Assembly (NCBI GenBank): GCA_963729895.1 | Contig: CAVSQB010000002.1 | Coordinates: 32,001 to 96,000 of the forward strand | Direction of reading: 5' to 3' | Source of the DNA: an uncultured Fibrobacterota bacterium | GTDB lineage: Bacteria; Fibrobacterota; Chitinivibrionia; Chitinivibrionales; FEN-1185 | DNA: 64,000 bases | Part shown: in pieces, positions 1 through 9,305 of the stretch | Numbering within the stretch: the stretch's first letter is position 1 | How the letters are laid out: each line of letters starts with the position of its first letter | The notes under the pieces: model-generated | What the model was told of the DNA's origin: nothing | Database searches by the model: none | The model's input: only the letters and a program-made list of their open reading frames with translations | Program-made: the position numbers and the translations under genes

Positions 1-760
1 GGTTCGACGAGAAGAAGAAGTGTGAGAGCACAATCGCCTCCACCGGGTTCTTCCTCGACACGATGCGCGCCGGGTAGAACAGCGCGGGCAGACGGCTGTC
101 GAACGCAGCGCGCTCAAGCCTGCGAAGCACCGTTTCCGGACTTGGGGACCGCATGTGCTCTGCCGGAATATCCACCGGGTTGCGCACCAGCCGCACCGGG
201 TATCGCGCCCTGGCAAGCACGCGAAGCGTGCGGGGACTCACCGCCACAAAGCACAGGTTCGGCAGCGCCGGGTACAAATCGCCCCACAGCCGTATGCCGC
301 GCCGTTCAAGCCGCCCTATTTGTTCCATGAGATCGGTGCGGCCCTCTTCCGCAAAATCATGGACAACCGAGAAAAACCGGAACTCGCCGCCGTTCTTTTG
401 AAGACGCCGCGCAAGGCCCGCGAAAGCGGATGAAAGCGCGGCGTTCTTGCACAGGTTCATGTTGTGCCCCACAACATGAACGGGCGCGGGAAGACCGGGC
501 GACGTGACGATTGTCTCCAGCCGGGAAAGCAGCCTTGTTCCGGCCGCAACAAATGAGGCCCGCGATTGAAACGTCCGGTAGCCGCAATCCTTGACATCTA
601 TTACTTTGCAGCCGTGCATCTCAGCCCGGGCCGCGCACACCGCAATGCTCGCGCTCTTGTCTCCGCCCCCCGCAATGAACGCCGCGGCGTAACGCTCCAT
701 GACCGCCGCGACGCCGCCCGGCCTGTTGTGGTAGTGAATCTGGACAAACGATCCCTTCAT
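1..760 (-). CDS. Glycosyltransferase (GT4-like), 3' end runs off the window
   Basis: Manual translation (absent from the ORF track): MKGSFVQIHYHNRPGGVAAVM...VVGHNMNLCKN...LFYPARIVSRKNPVEAI. These are GT-B type motifs. Its ATG overlaps the xerD stop (ATGA). Confidence 0.7.
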   Translation of the reverse strand, partial: MKGSFVQIHYHNRPGGVAAVMERYAAAFIAGGGDKSASIAVCAARAEMHGCKVIDVKDCGYRTFQSRASFVAAGTRLLSRLETIVTSPGLPAPVHVVGHNMNLCKNAALSSAFAGLARRLQKNGGEFRFFSVVHDFAEEGRTDLMEQIGRLERRGIRLWGDLYPALPNLCFVAVSPRTLRVLARARYPVRLVRNPVDIPAEHMRSPSPETVLRRLERAAFDSRLPALFYPARIVSRKNPVEAIVLSHFFFSSN

Positions 761-1665
761 GGCGCCTGCTTCGCGTATCGCGGGTGAAAACTCCGGTGAA
801 CTTCCTTGAGGTATTCGCGGTCCACGTGGGTGTAGATCTCCGTGGTGACGATGTTGGCGTGTCCGAGCATCTCCTGTACGGCGCGCAGGTCCGCACCGCC
901 CTCGAGCAGGTGCGTGGCGAACGAATGCCGGAAGGTGTGCGGCGAAACGTGCTTGGTGATGCGCGCCGCCCGCACGCACCGCTGAATGATCTTCCAGATT
1001 GCCATTCGAGAAAGCCTGCGGCCGCCCCGGCCGAGAAACACGGTACTGTCCGAATGCGACTTTGAAAAGAACGGCCGCTCGGTGGTGCGGTAATCCTCGA
1101 TCCACGACAGGGCCGTGTCGCCGATGGGCACGAGCCGCTCCTTGGAGCCCTTGCCGACCACGCGTACCAGTCCTTCCGCAGCAAGGATCTGTTCCATGGT
1201 GAACTCGGCAATCTCTGACACGCGCATTCCCGTTGCGTACAGCGTTTCCAGCATGGCGCGGTTGCGGATGCCGCCGCGCTTTGTGAGGTCGATGGCCTCA
1301 AGCACGCGCGTTATTTCCTCCACGGTAAGCACCGAGGGAAGATAGCGGCTCGATTTGGGGCCCTCCAGAAGCTCGGTGGGGTCGGAAGCAACGATTCCCT
1401 CGGACACGACAAAGGCGAAATAGGCCCTCAGTGAAGCAAGCGTGCGTTGAATTGACGTGGCGGCAAAGCCGACGTCGAACAGATCGCGAATGTACCGATG
1501 CAGAATGTCCGGCTCAACGTCGTCGAGCCGCTCTATTCCCATCCTGGTAAGGTAGGCGGCCAGGCGCGTGAGGTCGAAGGTGTACGACGCCAGCGTATTG
1601 GCGCTGAGCGTTTTTTCCAGTTTGAGATAGGAGCAAAACGAGGTAAGGTGCGGAAGCGCGTTCAT
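757..1665 (-). CDS. xerD: Site-specific tyrosine recombinase XerD
   Basis: RNRAMLETLYATGMRVSE, GKGSKERLVP, HTFRHSFATHLLEGGADLRAVQEMLGH, TTEIYTH. Start taken at MNALPHL. Confidence 0.93.
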   Translation of the reverse strand: MNALPHLTSFCSYLKLEKTLSANTLASYTFDLTRLAAYLTRMGIERLDDVEPDILHRYIRDLFDVGFAATSIQRTLASLRAYFAFVVSEGIVASDPTELLEGPKSSRYLPSVLTVEEITRVLEAIDLTKRGGIRNRAMLETLYATGMRVSEIAEFTMEQILAAEGLVRVVGKGSKERLVPIGDTALSWIEDYRTTERPFFSKSHSDSTVFLGRGGRRLSRMAIWKIIQRCVRAARITKHVSPHTFRHSFATHLLEGGADLRAVQEMLGHANIVTTEIYTHVDREYLKEVHRSFHPRYAKQAP

Positions 1666-1672
1666 GCAGAGG

Positions 1673-2311
1673 TCACTCCACAAGGAACGGATTGAGCCGC
1701 CGCTCCCTGCCGATCGTCGTCCTTCCTCCATGTCCCGGATACACGACGGTTTCATCCGGCAGTGCGAGCAGTTTCTCCTTGATGCTGCGCAGGAGAAGGC
1801 CGCCGTCGCTGCCGGGAAAGTCGTAGCGGCCGATCGACCCGGCAAAAAGGGAATCGCCGGAGATGCACGCAGTTTCGCCGTTGTCCCGGAATACCAGGGC
1901 CACGCCGCCGGGGCTGTGGCCGGGCACGTGCAGCACCTCGAAGGAAAAGGCGCCTACGACACGAGGCCCCTCCACAAGATCGTAGGTCTCTCCTGTAAAC
2001 GAGAAGGCCGCGCCGATCATAAATGACCCGTTGAACTGCGCATTGCGAAGCATGGGTTTTTCGTCGGGATGCACCCACACCTGCGCCGCCGGGGCAAACT
2101 CCCTGATTTCCGAAATGCCAAGCAGATGATCGAAATGGCCGTGCGTGAGGAGGATGGCTTCCACACGCAACTTCTTTGACGCAAGATCGCCGAGCAGTTC
2201 GCCGCAATTGTCCGAGGGGTCGATAACCAGTACCGGCTCCTGCTTCCCCGACACGACATAGGTGTTGGTCTCGAGCGGGCCGGTGACGAATCTGGTAATG
2301 GCGATGTTCAT
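1673..2311 (-). CDS. MBL-fold metallo-hydrolase (glyoxalase II/YcbL-like)
   Basis: THGHFDH, PGHSPG, GDSLF, YPGHG motifs. Confidence 0.9.
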   Translation of the reverse strand: MNIAITRFVTGPLETNTYVVSGKQEPVLVIDPSDNCGELLGDLASKKLRVEAILLTHGHFDHLLGISEIREFAPAAQVWVHPDEKPMLRNAQFNGSFMIGAAFSFTGETYDLVEGPRVVGAFSFEVLHVPGHSPGGVALVFRDNGETACISGDSLFAGSIGRYDFPGSDGGLLLRSIKEKLLALPDETVVYPGHGGRTTIGRERRLNPFLVE

Positions 2312-2346
2312 GGGCTTCGACTAAAATAATTGCTGGCCGGCGTGAA

Positions 2347-3828
2347 TTACACCAGCCCCAAAAACCTCGACGGTTCCAGCTGTCTCGTCCTTCCGTATAA
2401 TTCTTTTTTTCTCACGGACACAAGCCACAGGAAGCGCTTTGCCCTGGTTATGCCAACATAAAACAGGCGTTTCTCCTCGACCACTTCGTCGGCATCGCCC
2501 TTCGCGCCGCGGAGGACCGACGCAATTTTCGTGAAAAGCGACGTGCCTCCGGCGCGCGTCTTCCTTTTCGGGAAAATGCCTTCCTCAAGGTCGCACAGGA
2601 ACACTGCATCGAATTCCATTCCCTTGCTCCCGTGAACCGTCAGCAACTGCGGCCCTTCGTTGGAAAACTGCGGGGCCGCTTTCAAGGCCTCTGCCGCTTT
2701 GTCAAGCGTCCGGTTCAGGCGGAAGAGGACCGCGCACTCGCGGAATGCGATGCCGTGTTCCGCCTTGAGCGCAACGATAGAAGGTATGAGCCACGACACC
2801 ATCGCCTCATCCGATTCGAGGAGTATCCTGCGGGGAGCATGCCGTTTCACGAACGCGGGTGCGAAAACGCGACCGGCCACAAGGACTTTCCGGAAGTCTT
2901 TCGGCTTGTCGCGGAAGACCCTGTTGGCGGCGTTGAGGATCGCGGCCGTGCTCCGGTAGTTTGTTTGCAGCTTGAGAATGCATGCCCTCGGGAACCGGGC
3001 CGCGAATTCCATGATGGTCTTCCGGTCTGCGCCCTGGAACCCGTAGATTGCCTGGTCGTCATCGCCCACGGCGAAGAGCGGTTTTTGGGGCAACAGGAGG
3101 CGCTTGAGCAGCTGCACCTGCACCGGATTCGTGTCCTGAAATTCGTCGACCAGGATTGCGCGGAATCGCGACAGGCATCGGCCGGCTACCTCATGGTGCG
3201 TGTCGAACAGCATGAGGGCGCCCGTAATAAAATCCGAAAAGTCCCAGAGCCCGCGCTCCTTTTTGGCGTTTGCATACCTTGATTCGATTGCGGCCAGCGC
3301 GGACAGGGCCTCGGGTGAAAACGCGCCGGTTGCCCGGGGCACCGCGGCGCGCCGCGCGACAAGCGCCGAGAGTTCGAGCACGTCCATGCAGAGCGTGGCC
3401 CGCTCCTCTCGCGTGGACGCCTCGGCGATCATTCGAAGTCGCGTTGCGGCGGACACCAGCCGCGGCCGCGTTGTGTAGCCGAGCAACCGATACAGCGGCG
3501 CGTTGTTTTCCGGATGAAGAAGAAATCGCAGGCAGAATGCGTGAAACGTGGTGACCAGCGGCCCTCCTGCCGGGGAATTGCCTTTTGCAAACAACGCGGC
3601 CCGCTGCGCCATCTCGCGGGCGGCGGCGCGCGTAAAGGTGAGCGCGAGGATGTTGTCGCCGGGGCAATACTCCCGCGCAAGAAACGCGATGCGCCTCGTG
3701 AGCACGGTCGTCTTGCCGCACCCGGCGCCCGCCAATACCAGCACCGGCGACGCAACGGAAGCGGTGACGGCGGCCGCCTGTTCCGGGTTCAGTCCGGCAA
3801 GAATGGCGTGAAGATCGTTGTGTGGCAT
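2347..3828 (-). CDS. UvrD/Rep/PcrA-family ATP-dependent helicase, short form
   Basis: LNPEQ, AGAGCGKT, LVDEFQD, VGDDDQAIYGFQGA, NYRS, LTVHGSKGMEF, EEKRLFYVGITRAK. Confidence 0.88.
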   Translation of the reverse strand: MPHNDLHAILAGLNPEQAAAVTASVASPVLVLAGAGCGKTTVLTRRIAFLAREYCPGDNILALTFTRAAAREMAQRAALFAKGNSPAGGPLVTTFHAFCLRFLLHPENNAPLYRLLGYTTRPRLVSAATRLRMIAEASTREERATLCMDVLELSALVARRAAVPRATGAFSPEALSALAAIESRYANAKKERGLWDFSDFITGALMLFDTHHEVAGRCLSRFRAILVDEFQDTNPVQVQLLKRLLLPQKPLFAVGDDDQAIYGFQGADRKTIMEFAARFPRACILKLQTNYRSTAAILNAANRVFRDKPKDFRKVLVAGRVFAPAFVKRHAPRRILLESDEAMVSWLIPSIVALKAEHGIAFRECAVLFRLNRTLDKAAEALKAAPQFSNEGPQLLTVHGSKGMEFDAVFLCDLEEGIFPKRKTRAGGTSLFTKIASVLRGAKGDADEVVEEKRLFYVGITRAKRFLWLVSVRKKELYGRTRQLEPSRFLGLV

Positions 3829-3888
3829 AAGGCCGGACGCAATGGCATCAGCGAAGAAGCAGAGACCGAATCTTCCTGCGCGGCGCAA

Positions 3889-5577
3889 TCACGGCTGCAT
3901 GGCCGCCTGCACCCCGAGGTCCCACGAATAATAGGTGTAGTCCTCGGCGATCCGCTCGTAATCCTCCTCAATTACCCTGCGGTCGTTCGATACCGCGATG
4001 ATGTCTTTTCTGTCAAGAAACGGCTTGTGGTTGAACGTAAACCTGTTGAGAAACGACCCGTCGAGTGAAAACACCACGACCTCGGCATAGTCCAGAAGGT
4101 CGACGCGGACAAACACCTCGAAGGTCTCGGTGACGTTGAGCACGCGCGCGGACAGTACCTCGTCGCCGCAGCCGTAGTAATAGGTTGCCACCGTGCCCTT
4201 GCTCTCGTGCTCCAGGCTCAAGGCGTACGGGCACGACGACGTGGGCAGACGGTCGAGGGAATCCCGGAGGTGTCTAATTGGGGCCGGCAGCGTTGAGGAA
4301 ATTTGCGAGAATTTCCGCTTGAGTTCCCTGTTCGGCTCCCTGCTGATAAAAACACGGTATCCCTTTACCGTGAGATCCTTGACCGTGGCCTTGCGCTTCT
4401 TGCCCTTGTCGTCGCGGTACACGATATCGGGCAGCATCTTCTTTTCCTTTTCCTCGGGGCATTCGAGCAGGAGCGGCTTGAACGAGAACCTGCGCTGCTG
4501 GTTTATCAGGTCTTCGTGTTCCGGGGAAATAATATGGGAAATATACCGGTAGAACAGGCGTTTTTTTACGTCGATGGTGCGCTTGCCATAATCGATGAGG
4601 CCGTAGAAGATGTCTCCGTTTTTGTCAACGGCAGGCGTAAACACGTACTGGCCCGGTCTCTTGACGGTAAAATTCGTGTTGTTCTTCTTGTCGAACTCAA
4701 GGACCGCGTCCACAATCACCTGCTTGAGCAATTCATTGCTGTAGAGCATGTTGCCGGCCGCGTCGCACAAGTACAGCTTCTGGTCGCTCTCCGGGTCCTG
4801 GGAACCGAGCGTCGTGTGGACGCCGTAGTAGTACAGTTTCCCGTCCATGGTGTAGGTCCCGAGCGGGTTGATGAGATGCTTCTGGACGTCGATTTTCTGG
4901 TCGTGCAGCAGCCCGGAGAAAAAAGACTCGAACACGCCGTTCTTTTCGACGATGAGCGGCGAAGTGAAAGAATAGAATCTGTCAAGAGACCACCACCGCT
5001 CTCCGCCCGCGAGCGAGGTGTACCCTACCAGATTAGGCTGCAGAAACAGCTTGGTTGCCATGTCGTCGGTGATGCAGTTGTTCGCCAAATTGAACAACTG
5101 GGCGCTCTCTATATCTTTGAACGTCGCATATTGCGCGGGATCCACCTTACTGAGGCCCTTTTTGTACAGCCTCTTTTGAAGCACTTCGAGCCCCACGTTC
5201 TTGTCCGGCGACCTTCTGTAATAGAGAAGCGTCGACTGGTCGAGCGGATACGCGAGCCGCAACCTTCTGGGGTCGTCCTTGGCGAGCCTCTTGTTCTCCT
5301 TGAACACCGAGGCGGAGTCCAAGAGTGCGCCCGTCTGGTTGTAGAGAACATAGCCGTTTACAGAATAGAACAACAGGGTCCTTCCCTCCATGATAACGGG
5401 GCCGGAAAGCACCTGTCGCATATCGTCGCTGCTCGGGCATCCGAACAGGGAATTCTCGTCGGGGGTAAGATACATGGTAAAACAGAGCGTGTCGTTGGCA
5501 TGTTGGGCCGCTGCGTAGGCCAGGGGCATGAGCGTCCACAGGGAAAACAAGACCCGCAGCACGGCGTTTTTTGTCAT
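3889..5577 (-). CDS. Hypothetical exported protein (~560 aa)
   Basis: Long ORF with a signal-peptide-like N-terminus (LFSLWTLMPLAYAAA); no family recognised. Confidence 0.75.
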   Translation of the reverse strand: MTKNAVLRVLFSLWTLMPLAYAAAQHANDTLCFTMYLTPDENSLFGCPSSDDMRQVLSGPVIMEGRTLLFYSVNGYVLYNQTGALLDSASVFKENKRLAKDDPRRLRLAYPLDQSTLLYYRRSPDKNVGLEVLQKRLYKKGLSKVDPAQYATFKDIESAQLFNLANNCITDDMATKLFLQPNLVGYTSLAGGERWWSLDRFYSFTSPLIVEKNGVFESFFSGLLHDQKIDVQKHLINPLGTYTMDGKLYYYGVHTTLGSQDPESDQKLYLCDAAGNMLYSNELLKQVIVDAVLEFDKKNNTNFTVKRPGQYVFTPAVDKNGDIFYGLIDYGKRTIDVKKRLFYRYISHIISPEHEDLINQQRRFSFKPLLLECPEEKEKKMLPDIVYRDDKGKKRKATVKDLTVKGYRVFISREPNRELKRKFSQISSTLPAPIRHLRDSLDRLPTSSCPYALSLEHESKGTVATYYYGCGDEVLSARVLNVTETFEVFVRVDLLDYAEVVVFSLDGSFLNRFTFNHKPFLDRKDIIAVSNDRRVIEEDYERIAEDYTYYSWDLGVQAAMQP

Positions 5578-5817
5578 GACACAATGCTCGCTGGCGGAGG
5601 TAATGAACTCCCGGCCCGCGCCGGCGGGACAGGCAACTTTAATTATACTCAAATGACCGCAGCGAGTGCACGGTTTTTTTCCTGCGGCCCCGTTCAAAAC
5701 ATTTGTGCCTTGCCGCGCGCCCGCTCTAATAATAAAATAAGTATGGAGGGATGGTGTCGCGCCGGTCTATATGTTATTTTATTCAGGTTCTGTACAAAAC
5801 CGACCAATGAGGGACAA

Positions 5818-6438
5818 ATGATCGAACAGTTTCACAGAAAGCCAGTGTCGAACTTTTTTATCAAGCGCTCCCTGCAAATGCGGCTGATTGCCAAAATAGT
5901 CGTGGCGGCAATCATCTCCACCTTGGTATGCGTGGCCACGCTGCTGGGGACCTATTTTGTTATTTATCAATCCGTTTCCTACTATGGCGTGACGCTCGAC
6001 ACCAAGACTCATTTCTCCACGATTTCCGAACCGAAGAACATCATCTTTCTCATCCTTCCCAGCCTGGCGGTCAGCGTGGCCCTCAATATTCTGGTGGCGT
6101 TTTTTATCGGACTGTACGCGTCCCGGAAATATGCCGTGCCAATTTACAAACTGGAGCAGTGGGCGCGCATGATCCGGCAGGGCAAAATCGCGGCGCAGAT
6201 ACGGTTCAGGGAACGCGAAGAAATGAAGGAATTGTCGGACGACTGCAACGAGCTTACCAGCGACCTGCGCGCCAAGTTCTGTGAAATCAAGAAACAGACC
6301 GTGGCGCTCAAGCAGACATTGAAGGATTCCGAGGAAGTAAAAAGCATCGAAACCGTGCTTGCCACGCTGGAGCTCGAAGGCGAAACCATCGAAATCCACA
6401 CTACCAACTACACGTTGCCGCCCAAAAAGAAATCCTGA
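5818..6438 (+). CDS. Membrane protein with HAMP-like domain
   Basis: RBS GAGGGA. RKPVSNFFIKRSLQ, two hydrophobic helices, then SRKYAVPIYKLE...IRFRE..EM.EL. Confidence 0.75.
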   Translation: MIEQFHRKPVSNFFIKRSLQMRLIAKIVVAAIISTLVCVATLLGTYFVIYQSVSYYGVTLDTKTHFSTISEPKNIIFLILPSLAVSVALNILVAFFIGLYASRKYAVPIYKLEQWARMIRQGKIAAQIRFREREEMKELSDDCNELTSDLRAKFCEIKKQTVALKQTLKDSEEVKSIETVLATLELEGETIEIHTTNYTLPPKKKS

Positions 6439-6453
6439 CCATCGCACGGCCGG

Positions 6454-7572
6454 CTACAGGGCATCCACGATCCGGGCCACGTAGTCGGCAATGGCGGGCG
6501 CAGCAGTGAGGCCGGGCGATTCGATACCCACCAGATCGATAAAACCCGGCAGCCCTTTGTCCCCCTCTTCCCGTATCACAAAGTCGCGGAACGCATCGCC
6601 CGGCGCCTGGATTTTCGGCCTGATGCCGGACATGTCCGGCGACAGGTCGGAAGGTTCCAGAAACGGCAGGTACGCGCTCGCCTCGGCAAAGAAATCGTTC
6701 CGATGTGATTCGTCAACGTCGTAGCTGAGCGTTTCAACGTAGAACGCGTTGGGCCCGAGCTTGAGGCTTCCGTCAAGCTTGAGCACCGCGTGAACGCCGA
6801 GGCTTATGGCGGTGGGTGCGGGATACACGAGATGTGAAAGCATGCCGCGGCGCCGGTTCGAAACGGCAAAGTACTCACCCTTGCACGGACGAATCCGGTA
6901 GCCGGCTTCGTCGATTCCAATGCCGGCCATGGCTGCCACGTCGCCGGAGCACAGCCCGGCGCAGTTGATGACTATATCGGAATGTACGTCCATTTCCTCG
7001 CGGTCGGCATCGAGCACCCTCACACGGTAGCCGTTTGAGTCCCTGCTCACGTCCTGCACCAGGCACGAATACCCGATAGTTACCGAACGCGACAGCGCCT
7101 CGGTCTCGAAATACTTCATGAGCACATGCGTGTCGACGATGCCTGTTGAGGGACTGTACAATCCGAGTCGGGCGTTCACGTTCGGTTCCATTCGCCGTAC
7201 CTGCTCCCGCGAAAGGAGCTCGATGCCGGCAACGCCGTTTTCGCGTCCCTGGGCGTGCAGCAGGTGCAGCCTCTCGATTTCGTCTTCGCTGTTCGCAACG
7301 ACGATTTTGCCGGTTTGCCGGTGGCCGATCGCATGCGATTGGCACAATTCGTACAGTTTCCGGTTGCCGTCAAGGCACAGTATTGCTTTTAGGGAATGGG
7401 AAGGATAGTTGAAACCGGCGTGGATCACCTCGCTGTTGCGCGACGACGTTTCCCTGCCGAACCCGTCGTGCTTTTCGAGCAGGAGTATGTCTTTGTGGTC
7501 TGCGCTCAAGCGGCTGGCAATGGCAAGGCCGACGACACCGGCGCCGACGATACTTATGTGAGAATGTTCCAC
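6454..7572 (-). CDS. FAD-dependent oxidoreductase (L-2-hydroxyglutarate oxidase LhgO-like)
   Basis: GAGVVG, TSSRNSEVIHAG, KGEYF, GIRPK, GIESPGLTAAPAIA. Confidence 0.88.
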   Translation of the reverse strand: MEHSHISIVGAGVVGLAIASRLSADHKDILLLEKHDGFGRETSSRNSEVIHAGFNYPSHSLKAILCLDGNRKLYELCQSHAIGHRQTGKIVVANSEDEIERLHLLHAQGRENGVAGIELLSREQVRRMEPNVNARLGLYSPSTGIVDTHVLMKYFETEALSRSVTIGYSCLVQDVSRDSNGYRVRVLDADREEMDVHSDIVINCAGLCSGDVAAMAGIGIDEAGYRIRPCKGEYFAVSNRRRGMLSHLVYPAPTAISLGVHAVLKLDGSLKLGPNAFYVETLSYDVDESHRNDFFAEASAYLPFLEPSDLSPDMSGIRPKIQAPGDAFRDFVIREEGDKGLPGFIDLVGIESPGLTAAPAIADYVARIVDAL

Positions 7573-7602
7573 GAGAAACCCTTGCGTGTCCGATGTTGCC
7601 CG

Positions 7603-9087
7603 CTATTCCCGTTTGTCCGGCCTGCTTCTTCCGTATATCGCGGCAAATTCAGCCACACGTGCAAGTTTCTGTCTCGTGAAATCCGCCTTCGCGCACCGCC
7701 ATTGCCAGTTGCCTTCGGACCTGCCCGGCGTATTCATCCGGGCACGGGAATCGAGCCCCAGCACGTCCTGCAGGGGAATGATGCACAGGTCCGCGGTTGT
7801 CGAAAATGCCAGCCGGACAAGGTCGTCGACCACGGCAGGCTTGGATGAGCCGATGTACCCGTCGACCCGCGCGCGGTCGGGTCCCGACAGCGTGTTGAGC
7901 CAGCCGGCCGTGGTGTCGTTGTCGTGGGTTCCCGTGTACACCACGCTGTCGAACGGGTAATTATAGGGCCGGTGCGGATTGTCGGGATTGTTGTCGAACG
8001 CGAATTGCAGGACCTTCATGCCGGGCAAGTCTGCCTCGTCTCGCAATGCTTCAACTTCTTGTGTGATGACGCCGAGGTCTTCAGCGATAAAGGGCAGCGA
8101 ACCGATCTCGAGCCGTATGGCTTCAAAAAGCCGCATGCCCGGCCCCTTCACCCAGGCGCCGTCCTGCGCCGTGGGGCTGCCGGCCTTGACGGCCCAGAAC
8201 GATTCGAACGCCCGGAAATGGTCGAGACGGAGGAGATCGGCAAACTGCAGCATTTTCTTTGTGCGCGCGATCCACCATGAAAACCCGTCCCTTTCCAGCG
8301 CATCCCAATTGTAAACAGGATTTCCCCAGAGCTGGCCCGTTTCGCTGTAATAGTCGGACGGCACGCCGGCCACCCGGACCGGGTTGCGGTTTGCGTCAAA
8401 CTCAAACAGGTCCGGACACGCCCACGCGTCGGAACTTTCGAGCGCCACGTAGATGGGGACGTCGCCGATGAGCAACACCCCCTCCGACTGCGCATGGTCC
8501 CGAACGGCCGCCCATTGCTCGCAAAAGACGTATTGCACAAACGCGTGGTAGAGAAGTTCGCGGCCATGCTGTTTTCCGTATGAGTCGAGCGCGCCCTGCT
8601 CGCACAACCGCAGCGGACCGTTCCACGAGGTCCAGCTTTGTTCGCCGAACTCCTTTTTGAGAGCGCAGAACAGCGTGTACTTGTCGAGCCATGATTGTTC
8701 TTCTTCACAAAAGGCAAGGAGTTCGTCCTGTTCCCGAAATCGGTCGAAGGCGATGCGAAACAATTTTTCCTTTTCGCGGGCGACCGCGGGATAGTCGACC
8801 CTGTCCTGGGGCAGCGCGGGGTACGCGGCAAGTTCGCTTTTTGTCAATAGTCCCTGTTCCCCAAGCTTCTGCGGCGAAACGAGAAGCGGGTTCCCGGCAA
8901 ACGAACACGCGCAGTGGTAGGGTGATCCGTACTGGCCGGAGGGCCCGAGCGGCAGGAATTGCCAGAACGATTGTCCCGATGCTTTGAGCATGGTGATCCA
9001 CGCAAACGCCGAATCTCCCAGATCGCCGATGCCGAACGGGGAGGGTAACGATGTCGGATGGAGAAGGATGCCGGACGCCCGGTTCAT
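7603..9087 (-). CDS. malQ: 4-alpha-glucanotransferase (amylomaltase, GH77)
   Basis: GILLHPTSLP, WQFLPLGP, GQLWGNP, RLDHFRAF, IAEDLG, YTGTHDNDT. Confidence 0.95.
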   Translation of the reverse strand: MNRASGILLHPTSLPSPFGIGDLGDSAFAWITMLKASGQSFWQFLPLGPSGQYGSPYHCACSFAGNPLLVSPQKLGEQGLLTKSELAAYPALPQDRVDYPAVAREKEKLFRIAFDRFREQDELLAFCEEEQSWLDKYTLFCALKKEFGEQSWTSWNGPLRLCEQGALDSYGKQHGRELLYHAFVQYVFCEQWAAVRDHAQSEGVLLIGDVPIYVALESSDAWACPDLFEFDANRNPVRVAGVPSDYYSETGQLWGNPVYNWDALERDGFSWWIARTKKMLQFADLLRLDHFRAFESFWAVKAGSPTAQDGAWVKGPGMRLFEAIRLEIGSLPFIAEDLGVITQEVEALRDEADLPGMKVLQFAFDNNPDNPHRPYNYPFDSVVYTGTHDNDTTAGWLNTLSGPDRARVDGYIGSSKPAVVDDLVRLAFSTTADLCIIPLQDVLGLDSRARMNTPGRSEGNWQWRCAKADFTRQKLARVAEFAAIYGRSRPDKRE

Positions 9088-9305
9088 GGAGTCTCTCCTT
9101 TGGGAAGAAAATGGCTGATGACGACCCCGTATCTTTCTGCAGATAGTATACAAAACGCGCGGTCCCGCGTCAGGGAAAAAAGCGGACGGGTACTTTGCGC
9201 AAGAAAGGGTGGAGGACCTGCGGTACCGATGATATAATTCTGGATGACGATGCCCCTTACGTTTTTCCGGCCCCGTGTGTCCCGGTTTCCAGGAGGTGGT
9301 GCGCC

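Noticed and set aside
757..1665. Phage or integron integrase
   Set aside because: Length and motifs match housekeeping XerD; there is no IntI-specific insertion and no phage genes nearby
4303..5817. N-terminal 505 aa of the 711-aa plus-strand ORF
   Set aside because: Antisense shadow of the minus-strand gene; the real start is the ATG at 5818 with an RBS
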